64,000 nucleotides of DNA, from NCBI GenBank assembly GCA_964559565.1, contig CAZLJI010000001.1, positions 24,053-88,052 of the forward strand, in the 5' to 3' direction. Shown here piece after piece: positions 45,121 through 53,814 of this stretch. Both the position numbers and the translations under genes were made by a program. Each line of letters begins with the position of its first letter. The stretch's first letter is position 1. The stretch is from an uncultured Ignavibacteriaceae bacterium. GTDB taxonomy: Bacteria > Bacteroidota > Ignavibacteria > Ignavibacteriales > Ignavibacteriaceae. The notes beneath the pieces are model-generated. The model was not told the DNA's origin. It saw only the letters and a program-made list of their open reading frames with translations, and searched no databases.

Positions 45121-47676
45121 TTACTTTTTTCCTATCGCATGTTTTAGCTCGTTAAAGAATCCTTTTGTTTGAGCTAAATGGTTTCCCATTACACGTTGCT
45201 CGCTAAGCAATCTTCCAAGTTCGTGTTCTACACGCCGCTCATGATCTCTGTTTCCAGAAAATAGGCTTTTCTCTAAATCATTTTTTGAAACATTGAAATT
45301 TCTATACCGAATTGGTCTATTGGGTACACTAACTGCTATTGTTCCTTTGGGATTGCCTGGTACATCAACTGATTCAAACGCACCTTGTTGTTGTGCTGCA
45401 TCTTGTTTCATTTCTTGTCTTTTTTGATCAAATATATTTTCAATCTCTTGATCGCTCATTCCAAACACTTTGCTTAAAATCCAATGCTTTGAAACTAATG
45501 CATCCATCTGTTGTGCAAATTGCGCCCTTGTGTTTTGTACCTCTAGTTGTGCTAGTTCAAAGATAGCCGAAGGCACGGCCATTTTTATATTGAATTCAAT
45601 AAAGGATGGATCTATACCCATTGCAGATAAATGAACTTCTGCAACGTGCCTCATTCCTTCCCTATATTCATTTTGAATTCTTAATACCGCTCTAGAAAAT
45701 CTGACATCTTCAGAGCTATTATGAACAAACACACCAGCTGATAATGCAAAATTGTGATGTTCAATAACTTCAATGTCATATGTATCAATTACTGGACCTT
45801 CTGAAATCGATGAAACATTATAGTTTGATTCAATGTTATCAAAAGATAAAGACTTGAGATTATCACCATGGTTCAAATCACATGCATCAACATAACTCCC
45901 ATCTCTCATCATAAATGGATGATCTGGAGTACATGTTATTTTTTCACCATTATCAAGTTCAACTATAACAGTTTCCGCATTCGCTCTTGTCAGCCTTGGG
46001 TTGATTGCTTTTCCTGGAACAATGTTCCCATTTTTGTCAATACTATAAACCCAATGCTCTCCACCATCATTGGCCATTTGCTCTATTGTTTTTTCGGTTC
46101 CATCAAGAAGTGATATCTTTGTGTCTCCAGCCAAACACAGCGTTGCCCTTGAAGGCATATTTTCATCATATCCAAGATATGCTTTTGGAACTTTTAACGC
46201 CGCAAAAAGTTTAGATCTAAAATATTCTATATCTTCTATCCCGGTCCATGTCGGTGTATTAAGAACATCCGCCCTTACTACTTCTTTTGAATCTCTTACA
46301 GGCAAATAAAAATCTTCATCAGATGAATTCTTGAGATATACACCGGCCGAAACAGCAAAATTGTGATGTTTTTCTATTGTTAATGTATATGTGTCTTCTG
46401 TTTCAACTAGAATGTTTATAGAAGAAACTTTTATTGGATTATCTTTTAATGGCATCAAAAACGATGTATCGCCCAAATATTGTGCCTCTTGATAACTACC
46501 ATCACGCAACATAAATTTATGATCTGGTGTGCATCGAATTTTCTCGCCATTATCAAGAGTTACCTCTACAAGCTCGGCGTTTCCACGTGTCTTGCCAGCC
46601 CAAACTATCTTTCCTGGTACGACCTTATTGCTGTTTTCTCGATCAATAGAATAAACCCAGTTTTCTTTTCCTGACTCATGTTCGGCAATGACATCCTTAA
46701 TCGAGAGTGTTCTACCGTCTAACAATGGAATAGCTGTATCACCCGTTAAACATAGTGGATTATATCTAAGGTTTAACGTTCCTGTTCTTGGATCGACAAA
46801 TTTGTTTTTCTTAAATGTTTGCGAAACACGATGTAAATATTTTTCTGCATCCTGCGGGCTCATTCTTCCAACATCAACATAAAAAGCAAACCTAGAAGGT
46901 GCACGTGATAAACGACTTATTAAAGCTGCATCTTCTAAAAGCATCAATCGCTTCCAAATCCATCTCGCTGGCTCTAATATTCCAAGACCATACATTGCTC
47001 GGCGACGTGCAGAACGGAGTCGCATGAACGCCACTCGCCAAGGTTCAAATAATACAACTCCGCTAGATTGGTCTCTTCCCACACCCCTATCAAATTCTAT
47101 TTTCTCAAATGTTTGAGTAGGAATATTAAAATATCCCTTAAAACTTTGAACGTATCCAACGCAAAGATTGTTGTGGTCTTCTAGTCTTCTAATAGTTGGA
47201 GATGGAAGAAAATTTAATCCCTGTACACCATTCTCATTTACAAGTATTTCCTCTGCTAGTAATCCATACTTGCAAAGCATTCGAATGCTTTCCCATGCCT
47301 CTGAATCTACTTTAACCTTATCCCAGAACATCTTGTTCAATTGTTCCTGAATGTCACCATCTTCACATTCAGTCCAAAGAACATGCCTCATTTGATTGTC
47401 TAAAACTGTGGAATCGTCGCTATAAATATCAAGAGTAGCCGAACACTCAGAATACTCGTCCATTCTTTCATAATCAATAAACCTTGCCATTAAGGCATTA
47501 TCAACCTGAAGTTGATCTGTAATGGACGTATAGCCCATTACCCCGGCAGCATAATTTCCGTCTATATCGTACCGAAGATCATTTATGTTAGCGCCACCTG
47601 AAGCATCATCTAATTCTTTTTTATCCCTAGAAAAAACACTACGGATAAAACCGACAATCTTACTTCCTATCGGCAT
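45121..47676 (-). CDS. portal protein, T4 gp20-like, interrupted by two mini-inteins
   Basis: 851 aa. MYGLGILEPARWIWKRLMLLEDAALISRLSRAPSRFAFYVDVG...LRYNPL / SSDEDFYLPVR...ALKVPKAYLGYDE...RATL / SSEDVRFSRAVLRIQ reproduces the gp20 signature once residues 309-450 and 514-653 are removed, leaving 569 aa. Confidence 0.85.
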   Translation of the reverse strand: MPIGSKIVGFIRSVFSRDKKELDDASGGANINDLRYDIDGNYAAGVMGYTSITDQLQVDNALMARFIDYERMDEYSECSATLDIYSDDSTVLDNQMRHVLWTECEDGDIQEQLNKMFWDKVKVDSEAWESIRMLCKYGLLAEEILVNENGVQGLNFLPSPTIRRLEDHNNLCVGYVQSFKGYFNIPTQTFEKIEFDRGVGRDQSSGVVLFEPWRVAFMRLRSARRRAMYGLGILEPARWIWKRLMLLEDAALISRLSRAPSRFAFYVDVGRMSPQDAEKYLHRVSQTFKKNKFVDPRTGTLNLRYNPLCLTGDTAIPLLDGRTLSIKDVIAEHESGKENWVYSIDRENSNKVVPGKIVWAGKTRGNAELVEVTLDNGEKIRCTPDHKFMLRDGSYQEAQYLGDTSFLMPLKDNPIKVSSINILVETEDTYTLTIEKHHNFAVSAGVYLKNSSDEDFYLPVRDSKEVVRADVLNTPTWTGIEDIEYFRSKLFAALKVPKAYLGYDENMPSRATLCLAGDTKISLLDGTEKTIEQMANDGGEHWVYSIDKNGNIVPGKAINPRLTRANAETVIVELDNGEKITCTPDHPFMMRDGSYVDACDLNHGDNLKSLSFDNIESNYNVSSISEGPVIDTYDIEVIEHHNFALSAGVFVHNSSEDVRFSRAVLRIQNEYREGMRHVAEVHLSAMGIDPSFIEFNIKMAVPSAIFELAQLEVQNTRAQFAQQMDALVSKHWILSKVFGMSDQEIENIFDQKRQEMKQDAAQQQGAFESVDVPGNPKGTIAVSVPNRPIRYRNFNVSKNDLEKSLFSGNRDHERRVEHELGRLLSEQRVMGNHLAQTKGFFNELKHAIGKK
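45718..46137 (-). mobile_element. mini-intein 2 in portal (140 aa, no endonuclease domain)
   Basis: Starts CLAGDTKISLLDG, has TPDHPF and ends HHNFALSAGVFVHN, followed by Ser +1. It is clearly related to intein 1 (WVYSID, VPGK, LDNGEKIxCTPDHxFMxRDGSY). Confidence 0.85.
46327..46752 (-). mobile_element. mini-intein 1 in portal (142 aa, no endonuclease domain)
   Basis: Starts CLTGDTAIPLLDG (block A), has TPDHKF (block B) and ends HHNFAVSAGVYLKN, followed by Ser +1. The penultimate residue is Lys rather than His. Confidence 0.8.
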
Positions 47677-47780
47677 TATTCATCCCTTCTGTTTCGCCAC
47701 AAATAACCGGCCAAAATACCGCCAATAAATCCATTTAACATTCCCATAATTGATATGGAGATGATTTGATCTTGTATCAT
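47676..47780 (-). CDS. possible 34-aa single-pass membrane peptide
   Basis: MIQDQIISISIMGMLNGFIGGILAGYLWRNRRDE. Its TAA overlaps the portal ATG (TAATG). Too short for the ORF track. Confidence 0.3.
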   Translation of the reverse strand: MIQDQIISISIMGMLNGFIGGILAGYLWRNRRDE

Positions 47781-47846
47781 TTCTATACGCTTTACAATTC
47801 GCAAACAAGGATAAAACAAAACAACATACTTTGCAATTTTATTAAC

Positions 47847-48044
47847 TTAGTCATTTATTTCTTTCATGTCTATATAGCATGAAATGCATGTATTCTTGTC
47901 TTCTAAACAGTCATTGCAAACTATATGATTACACTTTTCACAAGAACGCAAACACAAAAAACAAAGACTCTTTCCACAATGAACACAATTGCCGTATGGT
48001 CCACTAGCTGAATCTCCACAATAAAAACAACCAAATTTTTCCAT
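47847..48044 (-). CDS. small Cys-rich zinc-binding protein (six CxxC pairs)
   Basis: 65 aa with CFYC, CVHC, CFLC, CEKC, CNDC and CISC. Confidence 0.5.
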   Translation of the reverse strand: MEKFGCFYCGDSASGPYGNCVHCGKSLCFLCLRSCEKCNHIVCNDCLEDKNTCISCYIDMKEIND

Positions 48045-48054
48045 TGTTTTTTAA

Positions 48055-48492
48055 CTACAAAGAACCTTGTAGTCTTCTTCCGTGCGAACGAATCGAGTCT
48101 ACACTAAGCCTGTTTTCGACTGTTCCAGGATAATAAATACACGCAGTTAATAAACTTTTGCTGCCATAGTTAGAATTAGAGAACTCTATAACAGGAGCTA
48201 CATACGAACTTCCTATGATCACGCCACCATCATTCATTCCAAGAGAATTACACCCGTTCATTCCATTTCTTCTCGCCCATTCCCACAATATTCTTTCGAC
48301 ACGTCTTATGATACCGCTATCATTAACAAGACACCGTAACTCGGTCGTTCCTTCATCAATTCTCTTAATTGAAAAACCAACATCCTCAAGAGAACTGATA
48401 ATGGAAGGAATGTTATATGAACTATCTACTTCTTCTCTTGCTTCATTTTTTGAAATGGAATTCTTAAGTTCCATAAAATTTTTAGTCAACAT
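48055..48492 (-). CDS. hypothetical protein
   Basis: Start moved to the ATG at 48492 (MLTKNF...), 8 nt after GGAGG. Confidence 0.55.
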   Translation of the reverse strand: MLTKNFMELKNSISKNEAREEVDSSYNIPSIISSLEDVGFSIKRIDEGTTELRCLVNDSGIIRRVERILWEWARRNGMNGCNSLGMNDGGVIIGSSYVAPVIEFSNSNYGSKSLLTACIYYPGTVENRLSVDSIRSHGRRLQGSL

Positions 48493-48556
48493 AGCACACA
48501 CCTCCGCGCTATATCGCTAATTGTAACATTCCTTATACTGAAATTCAATGATAAAC

Positions 48557-48571
48557 GCGCATCCGGGTGCG
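48557..48571 (+). repeat. GC-rich quasi-palindrome GCGCATCCGGGTGCG, copy d
   Basis: Intergenic (48493-48579). Flanks TAAAC...TTTTA extend the dyad. Confidence 0.9.
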
Positions 48572-48579
48572 TTTTAATT

Positions 48580-48783
48580 CTAGTATTTTGACAGGTCTTT
48601 TAGTTCGAGGAGAACATCAAACATATAATCTGGCGTATGCATTTCTTCGTCATCTTCAAGATCGAGAGCTTCTTCAAAAGTGTTTCTCCAATCCTTTAAT
48701 ATCAACTCTAGTCTTGTTTTTTCTTTTTCGAGTTCAAGAATCTTGCTTTCAAGATAAGCAATCTTATCCATTGGACTAACCAT
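48580..48783 (-). CDS. hypothetical small coiled-coil acidic protein
   Basis: 67-aa ORF with an ATG start and an 8-nt overlap with the upstream gene. Confidence 0.45.
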   Translation of the reverse strand: MVSPMDKIAYLESKILELEKEKTRLELILKDWRNTFEEALDLEDDEEMHTPDYMFDVLLELKDLSKY

Positions 48784-49015
48784 TTTTCACCCATGAAATA
48801 AATGAAGGTTGGCACTCATGGAAGTGTGATGAGAATTTTCCACCTTCTCGGTATACTGCAAAATCAAAATCTTCTTCTGTGCAATCTATGTCAATATTCC
48901 CGTTTTCACATGGATTGCAATCAATAGGTATTACACGCCCCATTTTCGTTATTGCAAAAAAGATTTTCTTTCCGCATGAAGGGCAACTAGTTAAAAACTT
49001 AAAAACCGGATACAT
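48776..49015 (-). CDS. hypothetical small zinc-ribbon protein
   Basis: 79 aa with CPSCG...CNPC. Confidence 0.45.
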   Translation of the reverse strand: MYPVFKFLTSCPSCGKKIFFAITKMGRVIPIDCNPCENGNIDIDCTEEDFDFAVYREGGKFSSHFHECQPSFISWVKNG

Positions 49016-49553
49016 TTATTGTTCCACCCATAGTGATTCCAGGAGAAACGCTATCAATACTGTTTACCACGAACCCATTCCTTGTACCTTCCCACCAGCA
49101 TGGCCATTCATCAATTACATTGTCATTTATGCTGGCAAGGCCGTGGCAAACAGACTTAGCTTTTAACCAATTTTTTTCAGTTTCTCCCATAGATAAATAT
49201 ACGTCGTTGTAAATACCAACGCTAGTGCAAGTGCTCGATAGCTTCATGTTGTTCATTATTGTCTCTGGACCTTTGAACACGAAAAAATCGTTCCCTTCAT
49301 GAATAGAACCAATACTAACACCAAACAATGAATGCATTGCACCTGATTTTGAGAATAATGCTTTCACAGTTTTTCCATACGAAAAACCAACTTGAACTAA
49401 TCCGCTTGCATCATCAGTGTTTCCATATGGCCAACCATGACATTCTGCAATCCAATAGACATACTTCTCCGGCGTAGGCAAAGGAGAAGAAGGTGATGGG
49501 GATTCACTAGAACAAGCACAAAGAAAGATAAATACAAAAACAATGTGTCTCAT
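48999..49553 (-). CDS. putative lipoprotein
   Basis: Start moved to the ATG at 49553 (RBS GAGG). The N-terminus MRHIVFVFIFLCACSSESPS has a signal peptide and a lipobox-like L-C-A-C. Confidence 0.55.
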   Translation of the reverse strand: MRHIVFVFIFLCACSSESPSPSSPLPTPEKYVYWIAECHGWPYGNTDDASGLVQVGFSYGKTVKALFSKSGAMHSLFGVSIGSIHEGNDFFVFKGPETIMNNMKLSSTCTSVGIYNDVYLSMGETEKNWLKAKSVCHGLASINDNVIDEWPCWWEGTRNGFVVNSIDSVSPGITMGGTINVSGF

Positions 49554-49555
49554 GG

Positions 49556-51310
49556 TTACCTCAGTTTGAGTGAGCGCAAATATCCATGACATTTGCTCCC
49601 GTTCAGCCCGTCTAGAACAATTGAAGTTACAGGATCTAGATCCAAACAAGTTCCATCAATTTGCTCGATTGCGTTTTCTACTATCGTCCCTTTGTAGTAT
49701 TTCGCGCCAGTGTTATTCACATACCACGTAATATCTCCAGTGCTAACAGCAGCCGAATCAGTTGGTATGCAACTGTATCCCGCTTCTTCTGCGAACGTTG
49801 GCATCCATATAGCAGCATCCGCACCTGAAAACCTTAGTTTTAAATTTCCAGATGCATCGCTTTCAAACCCGGTTGTTTTTGTTAACGCTGGATGTGTTGT
49901 ATCTGTTGCCATAAGCCCCCAATTTCCATTCAGTACAGAACAATCAATAGACCAACTTCCAACACCGCCTTGATGCGCAATATTCAATGTTCCAGTAGAA
50001 CATTTTACCCACATGCTTCCATGTAATGCAGTACTGTTAGAATATCCTATTGCGGTTGATTCTACATACCCTCCACCCATAGTCATATTTGCACCACTTT
50101 TAGATCCGTCTGGACCTACCGTGGCAGCTATCGTTGCAGTACTGCATGTCCAATTCACGCAATTAAAGCCTTTGATATAAGTATTATAAATAACCCTGTT
50201 TATCCTGTTTCTTTCAATTGGCCATGAAAGACCGTAGTTGGAATTAGACACACCTAGCAAATCATGTGGTGCGCAAATTGATTTTGTTGCCGACAATGGC
50301 GTCGAATCAATTGGATAACACATACCTCCGCCAGTACGAGAAAAAGTTACATCGGATGCAAGTGGTTTAGCTCTATCTTCTCCACCGCTAGGACCTTGGA
50401 ATAAATCACCACATAATTTTTTGTGGTCTTCTAATGTTGCTGCATCTCCAATATCTACCCTTACCCTTGCCATTCCTCCCATTACCGCCGAACCTGTTAA
50501 CCCACCAATAAACATAGTTCCTGTAGTCTGATCCCAATTACCAGTCGCATATAAATTTGTCGTTGACATAGTAATCTCTTCGCCTGACTCAAAAAACTTT
50601 GCTGCATTCGTAGTCCGTCCATCAAATACAGCCGTAATACAATGCCAAACACCTCCGTTTGCATCGTTTATTACAGAAGCATTTTTGGCCCCACTTACAC
50701 CGTCGTTTGTTGCAAGAGTAAAATATCCGCCTGTATTATGTGTTATATTCCAGCCTTTTCCAGCTTGCCAATGTCCTACCAATAACAAACTGGCCGTGTA
50801 TTTTTGACCGTTGTAAAGCATGGTAACGGACAAAAGATTCCCGTATGTTGCCGGTTGTGATGTTTTTACAAGTCTATAGTCATATCCTAAATCAAAGAAC
50901 ACAGCTTTTTCGTCGTATGAAATTGTTCCATCGCTCGCTCTTACTGGCAGATAAGAGTTCACGTCCATGCGAGGAGATCCAAGAACAGACAAATCCCAAT
51001 TTCCCAATGTTGCATCATCTGTAATACTAGATCCTGACCCTTGCATAACCCAACAATGATCTGGTATGCCGAGGTTTCCTCCTACGTTACCACAAAACTC
51101 ATTTTCCCCTGTTCCACGCGCTGATAAAGCACCAATGTCACGTGTAGCAATCAACTCAAAAAGTATTTCAGTATTGCCTATATTAGCCCCAACACTAGAA
51201 CTAGTTCCAACATACAACCCGTAGCCAGTTCCAGCGAAAACGCTGATTAAAACAATACCAACAAACAAAGACTTCTTTTGTCTTTGAAAGAATGATTTTA
51301 TTGTACCCAT
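49556..51310 (-). CDS. membrane-anchored/secreted protein with a LamG-like (concanavalin-type) domain
   Basis: 584 aa with an N-terminal hydrophobic anchor (LFVGIVLISVFAGTGYGLYV). GGVWHCITAVFDGRTTNAAKFFESGEEI resembles the Laminin_G_3 core pattern. Confidence 0.45.
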   Translation of the reverse strand: MGTIKSFFQRQKKSLFVGIVLISVFAGTGYGLYVGTSSSVGANIGNTEILFELIATRDIGALSARGTGENEFCGNVGGNLGIPDHCWVMQGSGSSITDDATLGNWDLSVLGSPRMDVNSYLPVRASDGTISYDEKAVFFDLGYDYRLVKTSQPATYGNLLSVTMLYNGQKYTASLLLVGHWQAGKGWNITHNTGGYFTLATNDGVSGAKNASVINDANGGVWHCITAVFDGRTTNAAKFFESGEEITMSTTNLYATGNWDQTTGTMFIGGLTGSAVMGGMARVRVDIGDAATLEDHKKLCGDLFQGPSGGEDRAKPLASDVTFSRTGGGMCYPIDSTPLSATKSICAPHDLLGVSNSNYGLSWPIERNRINRVIYNTYIKGFNCVNWTCSTATIAATVGPDGSKSGANMTMGGGYVESTAIGYSNSTALHGSMWVKCSTGTLNIAHQGGVGSWSIDCSVLNGNWGLMATDTTHPALTKTTGFESDASGNLKLRFSGADAAIWMPTFAEEAGYSCIPTDSAAVSTGDITWYVNNTGAKYYKGTIVENAIEQIDGTCLDLDPVTSIVLDGLNGSKCHGYLRSLKLR

Positions 51311-51320
51311 TATTTTTTAC

Positions 51321-51719
51321 CTATGCGGGTGACATACCCTGAACTACAACTTTTAAAGTTGTGCCAGCCGTCAAAGCGCTAACTTCAAAATAAATATGAG
51401 ATCCAACTACTGGAGGTATTTGTAAAACTTGGCTATCTGTATCTGCTATTCCACCGGCGTATTTGAAGGTCCAAGTTGTCATCTTTGACCAACCATCAAG
51501 ATAACTGTTTTTTACCCACATGTTAACAGTAGCTTCCGGTTCTGTTCCACCTGAAAACAAATATGAAATTTGCCAGATTTCATGGAAAAGACCATCCCCA
51601 GCCGTGCATTGATACCCAACCGTGTTTTCATCAGGTGCGGTATTTGTTTCTGTAAATGATATAGCATCGCCACCGAACGGCTCACTGGATCTGTAATATC
51701 CACCATATACAATCGCCAT
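51321..51719 (-). CDS. hypothetical protein
   Basis: 132-aa ORF 10 nt upstream of the LamG-like gene. Confidence 0.55.
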   Translation of the reverse strand: MAIVYGGYYRSSEPFGGDAISFTETNTAPDENTVGYQCTAGDGLFHEIWQISYLFSGGTEPEATVNMWVKNSYLDGWSKMTTWTFKYAGGIADTDSQVLQIPPVVGSHIYFEVSALTAGTTLKVVVQGMSPA

Positions 51720-51776
51720 AACTTTTCTCCTTTAGGTTTGCTATGGAATGATAAGATGAATCAAAGATAATCTCAA

Positions 51777-52568
51777 CTAGTCTTTAACTTCAAAATCTAT
51801 CATTCGCCTTGCGTGTTCTATTGCAGTCTCAACAGCCTTCGCAGTTTCTCCTAGTTTTATTGCAAACTGCGTTGCTTTTTCTAGTATTGACCTTGTTTCA
51901 TTTATACCAGAAATAAGAGAAACTATCGCGCCTATGTTTTTCCCGTTGTATTCATTTATCCTTATCCCAGATTTTGATTCAAATTCGTCAAGGCTGGATT
52001 TTAGTGCTATTAGTTGTCTTCGGTCCAATGCAAATTCGTTCTTGCCTAACAAGACGCCCTTGTCCATTGCCTCTGATATTTTTGATTTTATTTCATCCCT
52101 ATGAATGTAATTTGATTTTAAATCATCTATCTCGGCATATGCACGCTTCAAAACAGATGCAACAAATTCTTTATCTAAAGGACAACTATCTAGCTTTTCA
52201 GCTTCTACAATAATATCTATTTTTTTATTCTCTAAACAAATCCATCCCCATGAAGGCGGAAGCTCGGCTCCTTGGATGCAATCTCGTGTCATGGTTACAA
52301 CCCACCACTGATCACAATACCTTGCAATAGCATCTGCCTTTTCTGGACTTTTCAATTCTACTAGCCAATCTCTTCTACTAGCTTTTATCTCGAAACCTAA
52401 AATAGAGATACCACGGCTTTGCCATAACGATATAGCAATACCGTCCGCTGTTCTAGCGTTCCCTCCCTCTGTCTTGCTTCTTAATTGTCTGAAAAATGCC
52501 CAAGTAGGGCTTCTGTATTTCTCTTCTAAAAGCAGATATGCTTTTTCTTCAAAAGACGAGACTCCCAT
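51777..52568 (-). CDS. PD-(D/E)XK nuclease-fold protein, MmcB-like
   Basis: 263 aa. NARTADGIAISLWQSRGISILGFEIKASRRDWLVELKSPEKADAIARYCDQWWVV shows the D...E-x-K core and resembles the MmcB DNA-repair family, from memory. Confidence 0.45.
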   Translation of the reverse strand: MGVSSFEEKAYLLLEEKYRSPTWAFFRQLRSKTEGGNARTADGIAISLWQSRGISILGFEIKASRRDWLVELKSPEKADAIARYCDQWWVVTMTRDCIQGAELPPSWGWICLENKKIDIIVEAEKLDSCPLDKEFVASVLKRAYAEIDDLKSNYIHRDEIKSKISEAMDKGVLLGKNEFALDRRQLIALKSSLDEFESKSGIRINEYNGKNIGAIVSLISGINETRSILEKATQFAIKLGETAKAVETAIEHARRMIDFEVKD

Positions 52569-52701
52569 CTTCTCTTTTCTTTTTATCCTTATTTAAAATT
52601 TTATTGATCAATAAATTCATACGAAACACTTCTCTTGTTACATTAAAAGAAACCTTGTTTATCTCGTCTATCTTTGTTTCCTTGTCTTTTTTATTAATCA
52701 T
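52549..52701 (-). CDS. possible 50-aa Lys-rich peptide
   Basis: Its ATG overlaps the clamp stop (ATGA), and its end overlaps the next gene by 20 nt. Too short for the ORF track. Confidence 0.25.
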   Translation of the reverse strand: MINKKDKETKIDEINKVSFNVTREVFRMNLLINKILNKDKKKREDGSLVF

Positions 52702-53798
52702 AATCGCACCGGCATAATATAGCATCTAAAAAAATCTCCTGAATCAACACATATAGGAGAAGAATTATCTACTATTCTTAGCAAACAATCATCACTATCT
52801 ACTCTAGACACCGCGTCCGTTAAATAAATAGAGCTTAAGGCAACATCAAACTTATCGCCTTCCATTGACATGATAATTTCTTCGCTTGCGTTCCCTTGTT
52901 CCGCACCATCTGCAAAAATCTTTAAAAACATATTGGATGAAAACAAAGAAACAGGATTTAACTTTGCTTCGTCTACGCTAAGAAGAGCAACACGCTTTAA
53001 CGCGCCAAGTAAATCTTTTTTCGAGACTGTAACAGAAGAAGTGAATTTATCAGGAACAACCCTTTCATAGTTCGGGTATTTATCATTGTCAGTTCTTATT
53101 GAAAAAGCAATATTTCCGTTTTTCAAAAAGAGAACATTATCTTTGATTGTAATGTCAGATTCTTTTTCATCTACAACGGACAAAATCTTTTTTAAATCAG
53201 TAAGAGCTTTTCTTTTTATTAGTGTTTTTTCTGCAAAAACAAATGGAAAATCGTTTGTTTTTGATATTGTTAACCTATGTCCATCAGTAGAAACAACCTT
53301 TAAAACACCGTCCGTTGACTCGAACAAAACAGAACTAATCGAACCCCTCGATTCGTTATCCGAAGCAGAAAAAATTGTCTTGTTTAAAATATTTAAAAAC
53401 ACTAAATTGCTTATCTTGCTAAATCCATCATTCGGAAGCATTGGGATACTCGGGAAATCATCTCCGCTCATAAACGCAATTTGGAACTTGCATTTTTCGC
53501 CTTTAATACTAAGAAACCCATCTTCCTTATTGCTTAGTTTGATTGAATCAGATGGAAAGTTTTTGATGATATCATGTAAGCTTTTTGCGTTAACGCAAAA
53601 CGATCCCTCTCCTGCTACTTTCGCTTCACCGTTTACAAAAACAGAACTGTGCAAATCAGTAGCAGTACATGTAAACTCGTTTTCTTTTATGCAAATTAAA
53701 ACATTGTTTAAAATCTGCATTGGTGTTTTCTTGCTTGTCACGTCCTGGACGCAAGCAAGAGCTTTTTCAAAAATACTTTTGTCTACCGTGAATTCCAT
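52698..53798 (-). CDS. dnaN: DNA polymerase III beta sliding clamp homologue
   Basis: 366 aa, the typical clamp length. The N-terminus MEFTVDKSIFEKALACVQDVTSKKTPMQILNNVLICIKENEFTCTATDLHSSV matches the DnaN pattern (PiL.n.ll......l.l.atDlE). Confidence 0.7.
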   Translation of the reverse strand: MEFTVDKSIFEKALACVQDVTSKKTPMQILNNVLICIKENEFTCTATDLHSSVFVNGEAKVAGEGSFCVNAKSLHDIIKNFPSDSIKLSNKEDGFLSIKGEKCKFQIAFMSGDDFPSIPMLPNDGFSKISNLVFLNILNKTIFSASDNESRGSISSVLFESTDGVLKVVSTDGHRLTISKTNDFPFVFAEKTLIKRKALTDLKKILSVVDEKESDITIKDNVLFLKNGNIAFSIRTDNDKYPNYERVVPDKFTSSVTVSKKDLLGALKRVALLSVDEAKLNPVSLFSSNMFLKIFADGAEQGNASEEIIMSMEGDKFDVALSSIYLTDAVSRVDSDDCLLRIVDNSSPICVDSGDFFRCYIMPVRL

Positions 53799-53814
53799 TT
53801 TTACATCTCCTTAT

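Noticed and set aside
47677-47846. 170-nt gap upstream of the portal examined for tRNA, ncRNA or a terminase fragment
   Set aside because: No cloverleaf-compatible stems were seen. The gap is mostly filled by a 34-aa hydrophobic ORF, and nothing terminase-like is present.
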